Source: Vicinamibacteria bacterium (GTDB lineage Bacteria; Acidobacteriota; Vicinamibacteria; Marinacidobacterales; Marinacidobacteraceae). From it: a stretch of DNA of 64,000 nucleotides. Below the pieces are notes generated by a model, which was given only the letters and a program-made list of their open reading frames with translations, searched no databases and was not told where the DNA came from. Shown one piece after another: positions 55,014 to 64,000 of this stretch. The translations under genes and the position numbers were made by a program. Position 1 is the first letter of the stretch, and each line of letters opens with the position of its first letter. The stretch covers positions 1,952,001-2,016,000 of the forward strand of contig OY821641.1 of NCBI GenBank assembly GCA_963555995.3. Reading direction: 5' to 3'.

Positions 55014-57098
55014 ATGACTCTGTCCCTGCGTCTCCGGCGCCCCCTCCGGTCCACCGTAACCGCCGCCTTTCTTCTTTCCACCCCCCTTGCCGCCGCCGCC
55101 CAGGATCTCTTCCCCCTCTCCGACGAACACAAACGGTGGCTCGAATACGACGCCGTCTACATCATCAGCGACCGGGAGAAGGACGCCTTCGAGCGGCTCC
55201 AGTCCGAAGCCGAGCGCGAGGCGTTCATCGCCGCCTTCTGGTCGCGCCGCGACCCCGAGCCGCTGACCCCCGAGAACGAGTTCCGGATCGAGCACTACGA
55301 GCGCATCGAGTACGCGAACTCCCGCCTCGGCGGCGAAACCGCGGTGCCCGGTTGGCTGACCGACCGGGGGCGCATCTACATCCAGCTCGGCGAACCCGAG
55401 GAGCGGGAGACTTTCGCCTCAGTGCCCGGGCTCTACCAGACGGAACTCTGGTTCTACCTCTCGCGCCCGGACCAACTGCTCCCTCCGATCTACGTCCTGT
55501 TCTTCCGCGAATACAACGCCGGACCGTTCATCCAGTTCAACCACGTGATCCACCAGCCGGAAGAACTGCTTCCGGCGCAGTCCTTCCCGGTCGGCGAATC
55601 GCGCCAGGAGGCCTACATCCTGCTGCAGGAGATCTCGCCCCAACTCGCCCACGCCAGCATCACCATGCGCGCCGACCGGGGGGTCATGGCCAGCCTGGTG
55701 CAGCCGGAGATGGAGATCCTCCAGACCCAGACCGTGATGTCCGACATCAACCGCGCCCCGTACCGGTTGCTCGACACGAACTGGGTCAGCGGCGCGGAGG
55801 CCGGCCGGGGGCTGGTCGAGAGCGAATACCTCTTCAACTTCGTGCCGAGCGCCGGGCTCGCGCGGGTGCTTCCCGGCGCTGAACCAAGCTCCTTCTTCGT
55901 TCACTACGCGATCGAGATCGAACCGCAGCACTTCACGCTCGCCCGCGAGGAGCGCGGAACCGACTACTTCACCCGTTTCGAGGTCACCGGCGAGGTCACC
56001 ACCCCGGAGGGTGAGGTCGTCCACGACTTCATGGTGACCCCCTTCCTCCGCCTGACCGAGAGTCAGCTTCAGGATGTCGGCGCCCGCCCCTTCACCTACC
56101 GCGGCATGTTCCCCCTGATCCCCGGCGACTTCCGCTTCCGGGTGATCCTCAAGAACGCCGCCCGCACCGAGTACACCGTGTTCGAGGACGAGTTGACGGT
56201 GCCGGACGCCGGTGCGGCGCTCTCCCGCCCCTGGCTGGTCCACGTCCCCCCGCAATCCGTCGAAGAAGCGGGACTCCGCGCCTGGGTGGCGGGCGACGCC
56301 CAACTCGTTCCGAACGGACGCGGCGTGGCGGCGATCGGAACTCCCCTCCGGGCCGTCGTCTCGGCCGCCGGAAACGAGCAGGTGGTGTTCCGGGTAGTTC
56401 CCTGGACCGCCGAGGACGGAGCGACGGGATCCCCCGTTCGCGAAGAAGAGGTCCCGGTGAACGACGGCCTCGCCGTCTGGTCGCCGCCAACCGCCGATCT
56501 GGATTCCGGCCGTTACCTCCTCTCCGCCTCCGCGGGCGGCGACGACCGGATGGTGACCTTCGATCTGAACGCGCGCAGCCGGGTCGCGGTCCCGTGGGGG
56601 CTCAGCGACTCTCCTGATACCGAGACGCCCGGCGCCGTCGCCGCGGCCCTCGGCGAACAGTGGCTCCGGACGGAGAACCACGAACGCGCCCGCGAATCAT
56701 TCCAGTCGGCGCTCGCCGAGAACCCGAACCTCGGACGGGTCCGGCTCGCGCTGGGCCGGTTCGCGCTCGACGACGGCGAGCCGCGCGCCGCGGCCCGGCT
56801 CCTCGAACCGGCGCTGGCCCAGACCCCCGAGGACCCGATGGTGCTGCGGGTGCTGGGCGACGCCCACCGGGAGTCCGGGAACCACGCGCGGGCGGTCGAA
56901 CTCTACGAGCGGTCCCTGCCCCTCCAGGCGCCCGACCCGGCGCTCCTGAACGCGCTCTCCTGGTCGCTCGCCGCGGGCGGGAGCGGCGGACGGGCGATTC
57001 CCTACCTCGAACAGTCGCTCCGCCTCGACCCGGAACAGCCGGAGGTGCGGGAGCTGCTGGCGACCCTCCGCGCCGGCGCCTCACCCGGGCGCGACTGA
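55014..57098 (+). CDS. GWxTD domain protein with C-terminal TPR repeats
   Basis: FWSRRDP, NEFRIEHYERIEYAN, PGWLTDRGRIYIQLGEP; TPR-like helices at the C-terminus; signal peptide. Confidence 0.9.
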   Translation: MTLSLRLRRPLRSTVTAAFLLSTPLAAAAQDLFPLSDEHKRWLEYDAVYIISDREKDAFERLQSEAEREAFIAAFWSRRDPEPLTPENEFRIEHYERIEYANSRLGGETAVPGWLTDRGRIYIQLGEPEERETFASVPGLYQTELWFYLSRPDQLLPPIYVLFFREYNAGPFIQFNHVIHQPEELLPAQSFPVGESRQEAYILLQEISPQLAHASITMRADRGVMASLVQPEMEILQTQTVMSDINRAPYRLLDTNWVSGAEAGRGLVESEYLFNFVPSAGLARVLPGAEPSSFFVHYAIEIEPQHFTLAREERGTDYFTRFEVTGEVTTPEGEVVHDFMVTPFLRLTESQLQDVGARPFTYRGMFPLIPGDFRFRVILKNAARTEYTVFEDELTVPDAGAALSRPWLVHVPPQSVEEAGLRAWVAGDAQLVPNGRGVAAIGTPLRAVVSAAGNEQVVFRVVPWTAEDGATGSPVREEEVPVNDGLAVWSPPTADLDSGRYLLSASAGGDDRMVTFDLNARSRVAVPWGLSDSPDTETPGAVAAALGEQWLRTENHERARESFQSALAENPNLGRVRLALGRFALDDGEPRAAARLLEPALAQTPEDPMVLRVLGDAHRESGNHARAVELYERSLPLQAPDPALLNALSWSLAAGGSGGRAIPYLEQSLRLDPEQPEVRELLATLRAGASPGRD

Positions 57099-57244
57099 CG
57101 CGGTTCGCCCAATCACCTCTCCAAGAATTCCGCCGCTCCGTCCGGTTCCTTGGACTCCAAACCCTCGGGGAGCACTCCCACTGCGGTCGTAACTGGAAGA
57201 AAGATCGAGGCGTTAAATGCGTTGTTCGTTTCCTTGCCAAGGCA

Positions 57245-57259
57245 TGGCATAATCGTTGC
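57245..57259 (+). promoter_or_regulatory. Sigma-54 (-24/-12) promoter candidate
   Basis: TGGCAT-AATCG-TTGC with canonical spacing, about 95 bp upstream of the TonB receptor ATG. Confidence 0.7.
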
Positions 57260-57353
57260 CTATTTTTCGCGCTTGCACTTTCTACTTCTACTGCGGAACC
57301 GGCGCCGTCGGACCGCATTCCTGAAATCTCAGACACCTCAAAGAGGAGGAACC

Positions 57354-60300
57354 ATGCGGAAGTCCACTTTCGCGCTGCTTCTCGCGGCGTCCCTCGTCCT
57401 TCCGGGCCTAGCGTTCGGACAGGCCGGCGACTCCAGCATTCGCGGCACGGTCACCGACGACTCGGGCGCCGTGCTTCCCGGAGTCACGATCACCGCGATG
57501 AGCCCGGCGCTCATCAGCCCCGCCACCGCGGTCACCGACGGCCAGGGCACCTACCGGCTGCTCAACCTGCCCGTCGGCGATTACGCACTGGAAGCGTCGC
57601 TTTCCGGCTTCGCCACCTACCGGCAGGAAGGCATCCTTGTCCGGGCCAGCACCAACATCGGTGTGGACCCGGTGATGTCCATCAGCACCGTGCAGGAAAC
57701 GGTCACCGTGACCGCCGAAACGCCGATGCTCGAGATCTCCCGTCCCGGCAACATCCTGACCATCGAGGGTGACCTCCAGCGCGACCTGCCCATCCAGGCA
57801 CGCGGCAACTGGAGCGACTTCCTCGAGATGACCCCCGGCGTGAACGCCCGTCCCTTCGACGACGGCTCCGGCCGGATGGTCTATTTCGGACACGCGACCG
57901 AGCACTTCGCCCACGTCATCCAGCTTGAGGGTATGGCGGCGGCCGGCTACACCGATTCGCAGGTCACCTATGTCGGGATGAACGCCGACATGATGGAAGA
58001 CATGTCGGTCAAGACCGGCGGCGCCGAGGCCAAGGACCCGATGGGCACCGGCCTCATCATCAACGTGGTGACCCGGAGCGGCGGTAACGACCTCACCGCG
58101 TCGGCAGCCTACGACCTCCAGGATTTCGACTGGGGCACCGGCGACGAGGCCGGCTCCGGCGGTTTCTTCGGCGACAACGAGCTCCCGAGCGGCTTCAACC
58201 CGTTCGCCTCGGAGAAGTCCAACTTCCAGGCGCTCGGCGTGTACACCCCGCCGGAAGGCCGCGACGCGGCGGCCGGCACCCCGACCGCACACCAGGTACG
58301 GCAGTCCGACTTCTCGCTCGGCGGCCCGATCATGCGGGACAAGGCCTGGTTCTTCGCGGCCTACCGGTACGCCGACCTGGCGGCCCGCATCAGCCGCGGC
58401 AGCACGGACATCGAACGGCTCAACGCGCTCGGAGGACTGCCCATGGGCAGTCTCGGGACGACCCCGGTCTATTCCGAGTTCCTGAACACCACGAAGAGCC
58501 ACCAGCCCTACGCCAAGGTCAGTGCGCAGCTCAACCCGAGCCACGAGTTGAACGTGTACTACCAGCGCGACACCACCGAGAACACCTCGAACCGCGAGTA
58601 CGACCTCGCCCCGCGCTACACCGTGCAGACCGGCGGCAACCTCTACGGCGCCAAGCTGACGTCGGTGTTCGGCACCTCAACGACCGGACAGTTCACCCTG
58701 TCCTACAACGACAAGGCGTCGCAGCGGCCGCTGGACATTCAGCCGCAGCTGGACAGCATCGTCCCGTACGTTGAGATCCATGCCAACTATTCCGTCAACG
58801 ACAGCGGCACGATCAGCCGCGGCGGGCGCATCGCTGCGCTGGGAACCGGAAACGGTTCCGACCGTCCGGCACGCCTCGTCCTGATGCGGGCTGACATGAC
58901 GCGTTACATCGACAACGCGGCCGGTTCGCACGAGATCGCCTTCGGCGTCTATGCCGCCCCCTGGAACACCTACCCCAGCACGACGGTCTATGCGACCACT
59001 GCCGGCTGGGGCACCGAGTACCACACACCGGTGGACGCGAATGGAAACCCGACGGCCGATCCCACGCTGGCGGTTGGCACGCGTTGGTTTGAGCGGCGCC
59101 GGACCGGTGACGCGAACGGCCCCATCGATTCGCTCAAGACCATCGACGCTCAGGACAGCGACCTCGGCGTCTACCTCCAGGATTCCTGGAAGCCGGTGGA
59201 CCGTTTGACGGTGAACCTCGGGGTTCGGGCTGACTTCGTGAAGCGCTACGACAACATCCAGAACTTCGACCGGATGAACACTTTGGCGCTCGGCCCGCGC
59301 GCCGGATTCGCGTACCAACTCACCGAGGATGGCCGCAACATTCTGCGCGGCAACATCGGACGGGTCCACGAACAGATGAACGGCCGCGACAACATCACCC
59401 GGGTCCACGGGGCATCGTCAGTCGGTAGCTACGTCGAGTACGACCACGACGGCGACGGCATCGCGGACTTCGATCGCTACACACCGCCCTCCGCCGGAAT
59501 CCCGCGCGAATACCTGTTCGACGAGAACATCGGCCAACCCTTCGTGGACGAGGCCATCGTCGGTCTGCGACGTCAGTTCGGCGGACAGTTCGCGATGGAC
59601 GCGGCGCTCGTGCACCGGCGCTACACGGACAACTACGCGCTGCTCGAGCAGAACGGGTTCTACCCGTCCTCCGCGCCTGCGCCAACTCCGCTGGGCGAGT
59701 TCCAGTACGGAGCGGTGGATCTGGACTACGGCAACATCCTCCAGCAGACCAACAACAGTTGGAGCAAGCTGCAGTACACCGCCATTGAGATCACGACGAC
59801 CCGGCGCACCGAACGGATGTCCGCTACGCTGAACTTCAGCCGGCAGTGGCAGGGCTTCGGAGGCGACTGGAATCCGAACGATCCGGCCCGCTACATCCAG
59901 CCGGAGAAGTTCAAGTCCAACAAGGCGCTCTACATGCCGCGTGGTAACAACGAGCAGAACACCTTGCGTGATTCGAGCAATCTGTCCTATGCACCCACTT
60001 GGCGGCAGTTCTCGATTCGTGGCGGCATGAGCTATCTGATGCCCTACGATGTGACGCTGGCGGTCAGCTACACGGCGAACGCTGGCCCGTGGTCCGGCCC
60101 GCCGATCAACCGGCTGAGCGCCGATGATCCCCAGGTCACCCAGTACGGCCCGGGCAGCGCCAACAACGGTTTCTCGAACCCGCTCGCCACCCGCTACCGC
60201 ATCGTCGGTGCGGACCGGGGCGAACTCCAGGTGCAGGCGCCGACCGTCCACACCGTGGGCCTCTCGCTCGGCAAGATCCTCGATCTGGGCCGCGCCCAGT

Positions 60301-60458
60301 TCGAGATTTCCGCCCAGGCGTTCAACCTGCTCGACGCAGCCAACCACAACCAGTTCACCTACAGCGGTGCGAACCGGACGTGGAAGGCCGCCTTCCTGGA
60401 GCTTCGGAGCCGGCAGAATGCCCGCACCATGCTCCTCCGGGGAACCCTCCGCTTCTAA
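57354..60458 (+). CDS. TonB-dependent receptor (acidobacterial Oar-like, carboxypeptidase-regulatory N-domain)
   Basis: Strong Shine-Dalgarno GAGGAGG; GTVTDDSGAVLPGVTIT, ETVTVTAE, INVVTRSGGN, YLQDSWK..LTVNLGVR; terminal Phe. Confidence 0.92.
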   Translation: MRKSTFALLLAASLVLPGLAFGQAGDSSIRGTVTDDSGAVLPGVTITAMSPALISPATAVTDGQGTYRLLNLPVGDYALEASLSGFATYRQEGILVRASTNIGVDPVMSISTVQETVTVTAETPMLEISRPGNILTIEGDLQRDLPIQARGNWSDFLEMTPGVNARPFDDGSGRMVYFGHATEHFAHVIQLEGMAAAGYTDSQVTYVGMNADMMEDMSVKTGGAEAKDPMGTGLIINVVTRSGGNDLTASAAYDLQDFDWGTGDEAGSGGFFGDNELPSGFNPFASEKSNFQALGVYTPPEGRDAAAGTPTAHQVRQSDFSLGGPIMRDKAWFFAAYRYADLAARISRGSTDIERLNALGGLPMGSLGTTPVYSEFLNTTKSHQPYAKVSAQLNPSHELNVYYQRDTTENTSNREYDLAPRYTVQTGGNLYGAKLTSVFGTSTTGQFTLSYNDKASQRPLDIQPQLDSIVPYVEIHANYSVNDSGTISRGGRIAALGTGNGSDRPARLVLMRADMTRYIDNAAGSHEIAFGVYAAPWNTYPSTTVYATTAGWGTEYHTPVDANGNPTADPTLAVGTRWFERRRTGDANGPIDSLKTIDAQDSDLGVYLQDSWKPVDRLTVNLGVRADFVKRYDNIQNFDRMNTLALGPRAGFAYQLTEDGRNILRGNIGRVHEQMNGRDNITRVHGASSVGSYVEYDHDGDGIADFDRYTPPSAGIPREYLFDENIGQPFVDEAIVGLRRQFGGQFAMDAALVHRRYTDNYALLEQNGFYPSSAPAPTPLGEFQYGAVDLDYGNILQQTNNSWSKLQYTAIEITTTRRTERMSATLNFSRQWQGFGGDWNPNDPARYIQPEKFKSNKALYMPRGNNEQNTLRDSSNLSYAPTWRQFSIRGGMSYLMPYDVTLAVSYTANAGPWSGPPINRLSADDPQVTQYGPGSANNGFSNPLATRYRIVGADRGELQVQAPTVHTVGLSLGKILDLGRAQFEISAQAFNLLDAANHNQFTYSGANRTWKAAFLELRSRQNARTMLLRGTLRF

Positions 60459-60489
60459 GCGACCCTCCCCCCAAGCACCTTTCCCCCAA

Positions 60490-60521
60490 GGGGCCGGCCC
60501 ACCCGGGCCGGCCCCTTTTTT
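60490..60521 (+). terminator. Rho-independent terminator
   Basis: GGGGCCGGCCC-ACCC-GGGCCGGCCCC followed by T6. Confidence 0.85.
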
Positions 60522-60818
60522 CGTACCCCATCCACCACCTCATCCCCACCCCCTGATCCCACCACAACTCCCGTTTGCCCCCACCCATCACCCCCTGCTA
60601 CAACCGCCCCGTGAGCATTCCAAGCGACTGGACTCCGCGACCTGGCACACACCGCTTGGCGTTTCGCCGTGTCCGTCGCGCCAAATCCAACCCGTTGAAT
60701 ACCCCCCCCCCCCCCCCCGAATTCAACGCATTGGATTCTTGGTCTCTGGCCGAAACACAGCACCTGCTGACCTAGCCCCCGCTACTTCACAAGCGTCCTC
60801 CCGCCGCTACTCATCGTC

Positions 60819-61020
60819 TCCGCTCCGGGAACGGCGGCAGGATCTTCGAAGACAACCAAGTTCGCTCCTCGCCCTTCACACCGCGATCCCGAATGCCCGG
60901 CCACCGCTAGAACCCGTCACGATCATCCACGCTGGCCTCCGCCTCCGTCACGCACCAGACACCCACGCTTGGCCTCGGCCCGATGATCCCCATCGGGCTT
61001 CAGCGGATCCTCACCTCCCT
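60819..61020 (-). pseudogene. Degenerate IS256 transposase fragment
   Basis: Aligns by eye with 62717-62930 (GCGGCAGGA.C.TCGAAGA.AACC; CCGT.ACGCACCAG; CCGATGATCC), with stops and indels. Confidence 0.6.
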
Positions 61021-61221
61021 CTGGCAAGACAAGGGACGCGACATTACTCTTGCTTGCGGCGTATCGCTCCTCTTGGGAGACTTGGAAGATTGGTCACTCC
61101 AGAATGGCTTTCTCTCTCCGGCCATCACCGGGTGGATGTTCTGCAATCCGAAATCGAACGGTCGACAGTATCGCCCCCTGATTGACCGGGATAAGCACGA
61201 GGGGCGTTGGGAGACAACACA

Positions 61222-61695
61222 ATGCTTACACATTGGAGATTCGCAGCCTTGGCGACGGCGGTCTTGCTATTGGCGACTGGAGCAAATAGAGCGGGGGCTC
61301 AGGACGCCGCTACGCAGGAGTTGGCTGAGGCTTTTGCTGAACTCAGCACATTCGGTCTTCAGGTTGAAGTCCAAGTTGATGAGACAAAAGCGGCGCCTTC
61401 TGTTCCAGTACCCGTGGCACCGCTACGGACGACCAGCGGCGCGTCTATCGCAGCAACGGAGAATCGGATGGAGAGTGCATTGGACAGGCTGGAAAACGCG
61501 GTTCGGACCGCGCTTTCCCGCAACGTTGAGCGCGTTCTCCAGACTGTTGTGGGCGGGATCCAAGAAGCCTGCCAAATTAATCTAACTGCCGACAACGAGG
61601 GATTTGAACTCGCGTCGGTCGCCATTTCCCTAGGCGCAGTCACTGCGACCTTTACCCCGTCCGCACAGTTCTGCGCGGACGTGTCGGGTGACTGA
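61222..61695 (+). CDS. Hypothetical exported protein (lower GC)
   Basis: Signal peptide ending AGA-Q; helical core; two Cys. Confidence 0.65.
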   Translation: MLTHWRFAALATAVLLLATGANRAGAQDAATQELAEAFAELSTFGLQVEVQVDETKAAPSVPVPVAPLRTTSGASIAATENRMESALDRLENAVRTALSRNVERVLQTVVGGIQEACQINLTADNEGFELASVAISLGAVTATFTPSAQFCADVSGD

Positions 61696-61745
61696 GTGGA
61701 CAATAGGACAACCTCCGGCGGCTGACCCCCTGTGGCGACAAGCAG

Positions 61746-62930
61746 GCTCTGTCCGAATGTGGGTGACGGCCTGATCAGGCGGCGGCGCGGGTTTCGGTTT
61801 CGTCGGCCTGGATGCCGTCGGTGAATTTGACGCCGTGGATGACCCGGGGCAACTGCTCGTAGCCGCTGACGCGGCGCCAATTGGCGCTGGCCGCCGTCAC
61901 CAGCTTGAAGGCCATCGCCAACGCGGTCCGGTGGGACAGGCATCCCTTGCTGCGAACGGTGCTGTGGCGGACGGTGGCGAACATGCTCTCGATGGGGTTC
62001 GTGGTGCGGATGTGCTGCCAATGCTCGGCCGGGAAGTCGTAGAACGCGAGCAGCGCCTCCTGGTCCTTGGTCAGGCAACGAACGGCTTCCCCGTATTTCG
62101 CCCGGTATTTGGCGGCGAAGGTGTCGAGCGCCTTCTCCGCCTTCTTGCGGCTCTCCGCCATCCAGATCTGGTGGAGGTCCTGCTTCGCGTTGCGTTGCCG
62201 GGACTTGGGCAACTTGTTCAGCACGTTCGCCGTCCTGTGGACCCAGCAGCGCTGCCGTCGGGTCTTGGGGAAGACCTCGGCCAGCGCCTTCCGGAAGCCC
62301 AGCGCACCATCCCCGATCGCCAGCTCCGGGGAGACTTCGAGGCCGCGTCCACGCAGGTCCACCAGCAACTCGCGCCAGCTCTGAGCGCTCTCCCGGAACC
62401 CGGCCTGGAACCCCAAGAGTTCCTTCCTGCCCTCCGGGGTTGCGCCGATCAGCACCAGAACGCACTGCTTCTCGTCTTCGAGTCGGCCCTGGAGATAGAT
62501 CCCGTCTGCCCAGACGTAGACATACCGCCGACCCGCGAGATCCCGCCCCCGCCAGCGCTCGTGCTCCGCCTCCCATTCCGACTTCAGGCGGCCGATCACC
62601 CCCGGCGACAGCCCCGACGCCCCCGAGCCCAAAAGCTCCGACAGCGCCTCCCCGAAGTCCCCGCTCGAAACCCCCAGCAGATACAGCCTCGGCAGCGCCG
62701 CGTCCAGCGAGCGCGTCCGCCGCGCGAACCGCGGCAGGAGCCTCGAAGAGAACCGGATCCGATCCTCCCCGGCGCCCCCGCGGTCCCGGACCTTCGGCCG
62801 CCGCACCGGAACCGGTCCGATCCCCGTCAGGATCGTCCGCTCCGGGCCGTGGCCGTGACGCACCAGTCGCCGAACTCCCGTCGCCGTCCGATGATCCTCG
62901 TAGGCCAACAGCAGTGCAGCCACCTCCGCC
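61746..62930 (-). mobile_element. IS256-family element, 5'-truncated
   Basis: Transposase plus a probable right end GGCTCTGTCCGAATGTGGGTGACGG; no matching left inverted repeat found. Confidence 0.8.
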
Positions 62931-63037
62931 ACCGAAGACAGGCGGCGGGAACAACCTCCGCACGAGGGTGTCGTTCCCCCTGGGGTGGGCGTCCCTGCCG
63001 GGGCCGGTAACGAGAACTGGTGGACGCCGACACCCAC
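61775..63037 (-). CDS. IS256-family DDE transposase (N-terminus replaced or truncated)
   Basis: YVWADGIY, GDGALGF, QRCWVH, RTTNPIES; recognisable similarity begins at AEVAALL (about 62930). Confidence 0.88.
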   Translation of the reverse strand: MGVGVHQFSLPAPAGTPTPGGTTPSCGGCSRRLSSVAEVAALLLAYEDHRTATGVRRLVRHGHGPERTILTGIGPVPVRRPKVRDRGGAGEDRIRFSSRLLPRFARRTRSLDAALPRLYLLGVSSGDFGEALSELLGSGASGLSPGVIGRLKSEWEAEHERWRGRDLAGRRYVYVWADGIYLQGRLEDEKQCVLVLIGATPEGRKELLGFQAGFRESAQSWRELLVDLRGRGLEVSPELAIGDGALGFRKALAEVFPKTRRQRCWVHRTANVLNKLPKSRQRNAKQDLHQIWMAESRKKAEKALDTFAAKYRAKYGEAVRCLTKDQEALLAFYDFPAEHWQHIRTTNPIESMFATVRHSTVRSKGCLSHRTALAMAFKLVTAASANWRRVSGYEQLPRVIHGVKFTDGIQADETETRAAA

Positions 63038-63050
63038 CGGCTGGCCGGAC

Positions 63051-63857
63051 TCAGTAGGGGAAGCGCGGATCGCGTTCGGGCTCTTGCGTCAAAGCTCTCT
63101 GTTCTTTGAGGAAGGCTCGCCGCTCTGCCGGTATGAGCGGTTCACGAACGAGGATGCGGCATGAGTTCGTGACCCGTTTCGACTGGAAGTTCTCCTGGCC
63201 TAGGTGCTCGATATCCGCGGCATCCGCGTCCTTAGCCAGGATCACGATCCGCGTGGCTGCAGGCTGATGCTGGGGACCGGCGGGAAACGCGCCGTAGGGC
63301 TTGTAACCCAACATGTGAGAGGAGAATGCCTGAGAGACGAAACATCGGACGATCGCCTTGACACCGCCAGACGGAACCTCCATGGGCACCAACAGGCGCG
63401 AGGATGTGCGCGTCGTCCTCCCCTGATCTTTGACATTCGCTTGGCCGGCGTTTCGTTTCACCTCCGAGCGATCTACAGTCTGTCCGATCTGGAGAGGGAT
63501 GAGGATCGGGCTACGCTGCGTTCGCGTGAAGGCCAGCGTGTACAGGAACCCCAACTCAGATAAGAACGTCATGACTACCGGCATGACGAGGGCCAGGAGA
63601 GCCAGTTTCGCTCCGTACTGCATTAGGACGTCGCCGGAAAACCCGGGCCAATCGATGAGTTTGAGTTCCCACTGTGTTCCTAGCGCAGCGAGGAGGGCCA
63701 GCAAAAGACCGATTCCTCCAGCACCGTAGCTGCGGCGGAAGTTGAACGCAGAAGCGCAAAGAAACAATCTCTTTGTGAAGTCTCCGACCGACTGGACGAA
63801 GTATCCAACCCCGGCCCACGCCACTACTATCAAGCTTGCAGCGACCAACCACGCCAT
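63051..63857 (-). CDS. Hypothetical membrane protein (three N-terminal TM segments, soluble C-domain; lower GC)
   Basis: 268-aa ORF with a GGAGG Shine-Dalgarno upstream and hydrophobic segments. Confidence 0.65.
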   Translation of the reverse strand: MAWLVAASLIVVAWAGVGYFVQSVGDFTKRLFLCASAFNFRRSYGAGGIGLLLALLAALGTQWELKLIDWPGFSGDVLMQYGAKLALLALVMPVVMTFLSELGFLYTLAFTRTQRSPILIPLQIGQTVDRSEVKRNAGQANVKDQGRTTRTSSRLLVPMEVPSGGVKAIVRCFVSQAFSSHMLGYKPYGAFPAGPQHQPAATRIVILAKDADAADIEHLGQENFQSKRVTNSCRILVREPLIPAERRAFLKEQRALTQEPERDPRFPY

Positions 63858-63943
63858 TTCGCAGAACCTCCTTCGCCTTCTGATGTTGCTGACGGGAAAG
63901 CCTTAGGCATCATCCGGACCTGCAGGTCCATCCATCCAGGAGA

Positions 63944-63980
63944 GGCCGCCCGCCTGACCGCAGCGGTCAGGAGGGCGGCC
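63944..63980. other. Strong GC hairpin
   Basis: GGCCGCCCGCCTGACCG-CAG-CGGTCAGGAGGGCGGCC. Confidence 0.5.
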
Positions 63981-64000
63981 ACGAGACCAGGTCAAAGCCG

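Noticed and set aside
57099-57353. Cobalamin or TPP riboswitch upstream of the TonB receptor
   Set aside because: No recognisable conserved motifs; a sigma-54 motif is present instead.
60983-61585. 200-aa ORF overlapping the exported gene
   Set aside because: Starts in IS relic DNA and overlaps a better ORF that has a signal peptide.
63025-63050. Left inverted repeat of IS256 (CCGACACCCAC)
   Set aside because: Only a short partial match to the right end, and the terminal bases do not match.

Overview
This is a high-GC bacterial chromosomal window. The gene content (acidobacterial-type VWA proteins, a GWxTD-TPR protein, carboxypeptidase-regulatory-domain TonB receptors, a permease-less HlyD/ABC pair) points to Acidobacteriota, and the many toxin-antitoxin modules would fit a host-associated lineage; both are inferences. 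There are two molybdo-flavoenzyme loci: a form II CoxL-like gene (AYRGAGR, order S-L, cut by the left edge) and a form I aerobic CO dehydrogenase coxMSL (AYRCSFR) with an XdhC-YHS maturation gene and a displaced coxG. Other content: a VWA / 1100-aa unknown / VWA trio, several exported hydrolases, two TonB-dependent receptors (one with a sigma-54 promoter), a solute symporter, an ECF sigma / membrane protein / YbjQ operon, a bacterial indoleamine 2,3-dioxygenase, P5C dehydrogenase, a glutamate-cysteine ligase-CBS fusion, four vapBC modules and an MNT/HEPN-like pair. Non-coding structure includes a MITE family with about 21-bp terminal inverted repeats and 4-bp target duplications (one copy disrupts the HEPN gene; a remnant sits in frame in a signal peptide), a REP/REPIN family with compensatory stem changes, and a triplicated cassette at 51.5-54.2 kb pairing a 36-aa hydrophobic peptide ORF with a convergent membrane-anchored coiled-coil gene whose 11-aa repeat number varies. 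The right end is a lower-GC accessory region with a 5'-truncated IS256 and an older IS256 relic. I found no rRNA, tRNA or CRISPR array. All product calls are from motif recognition by eye, not database searches.
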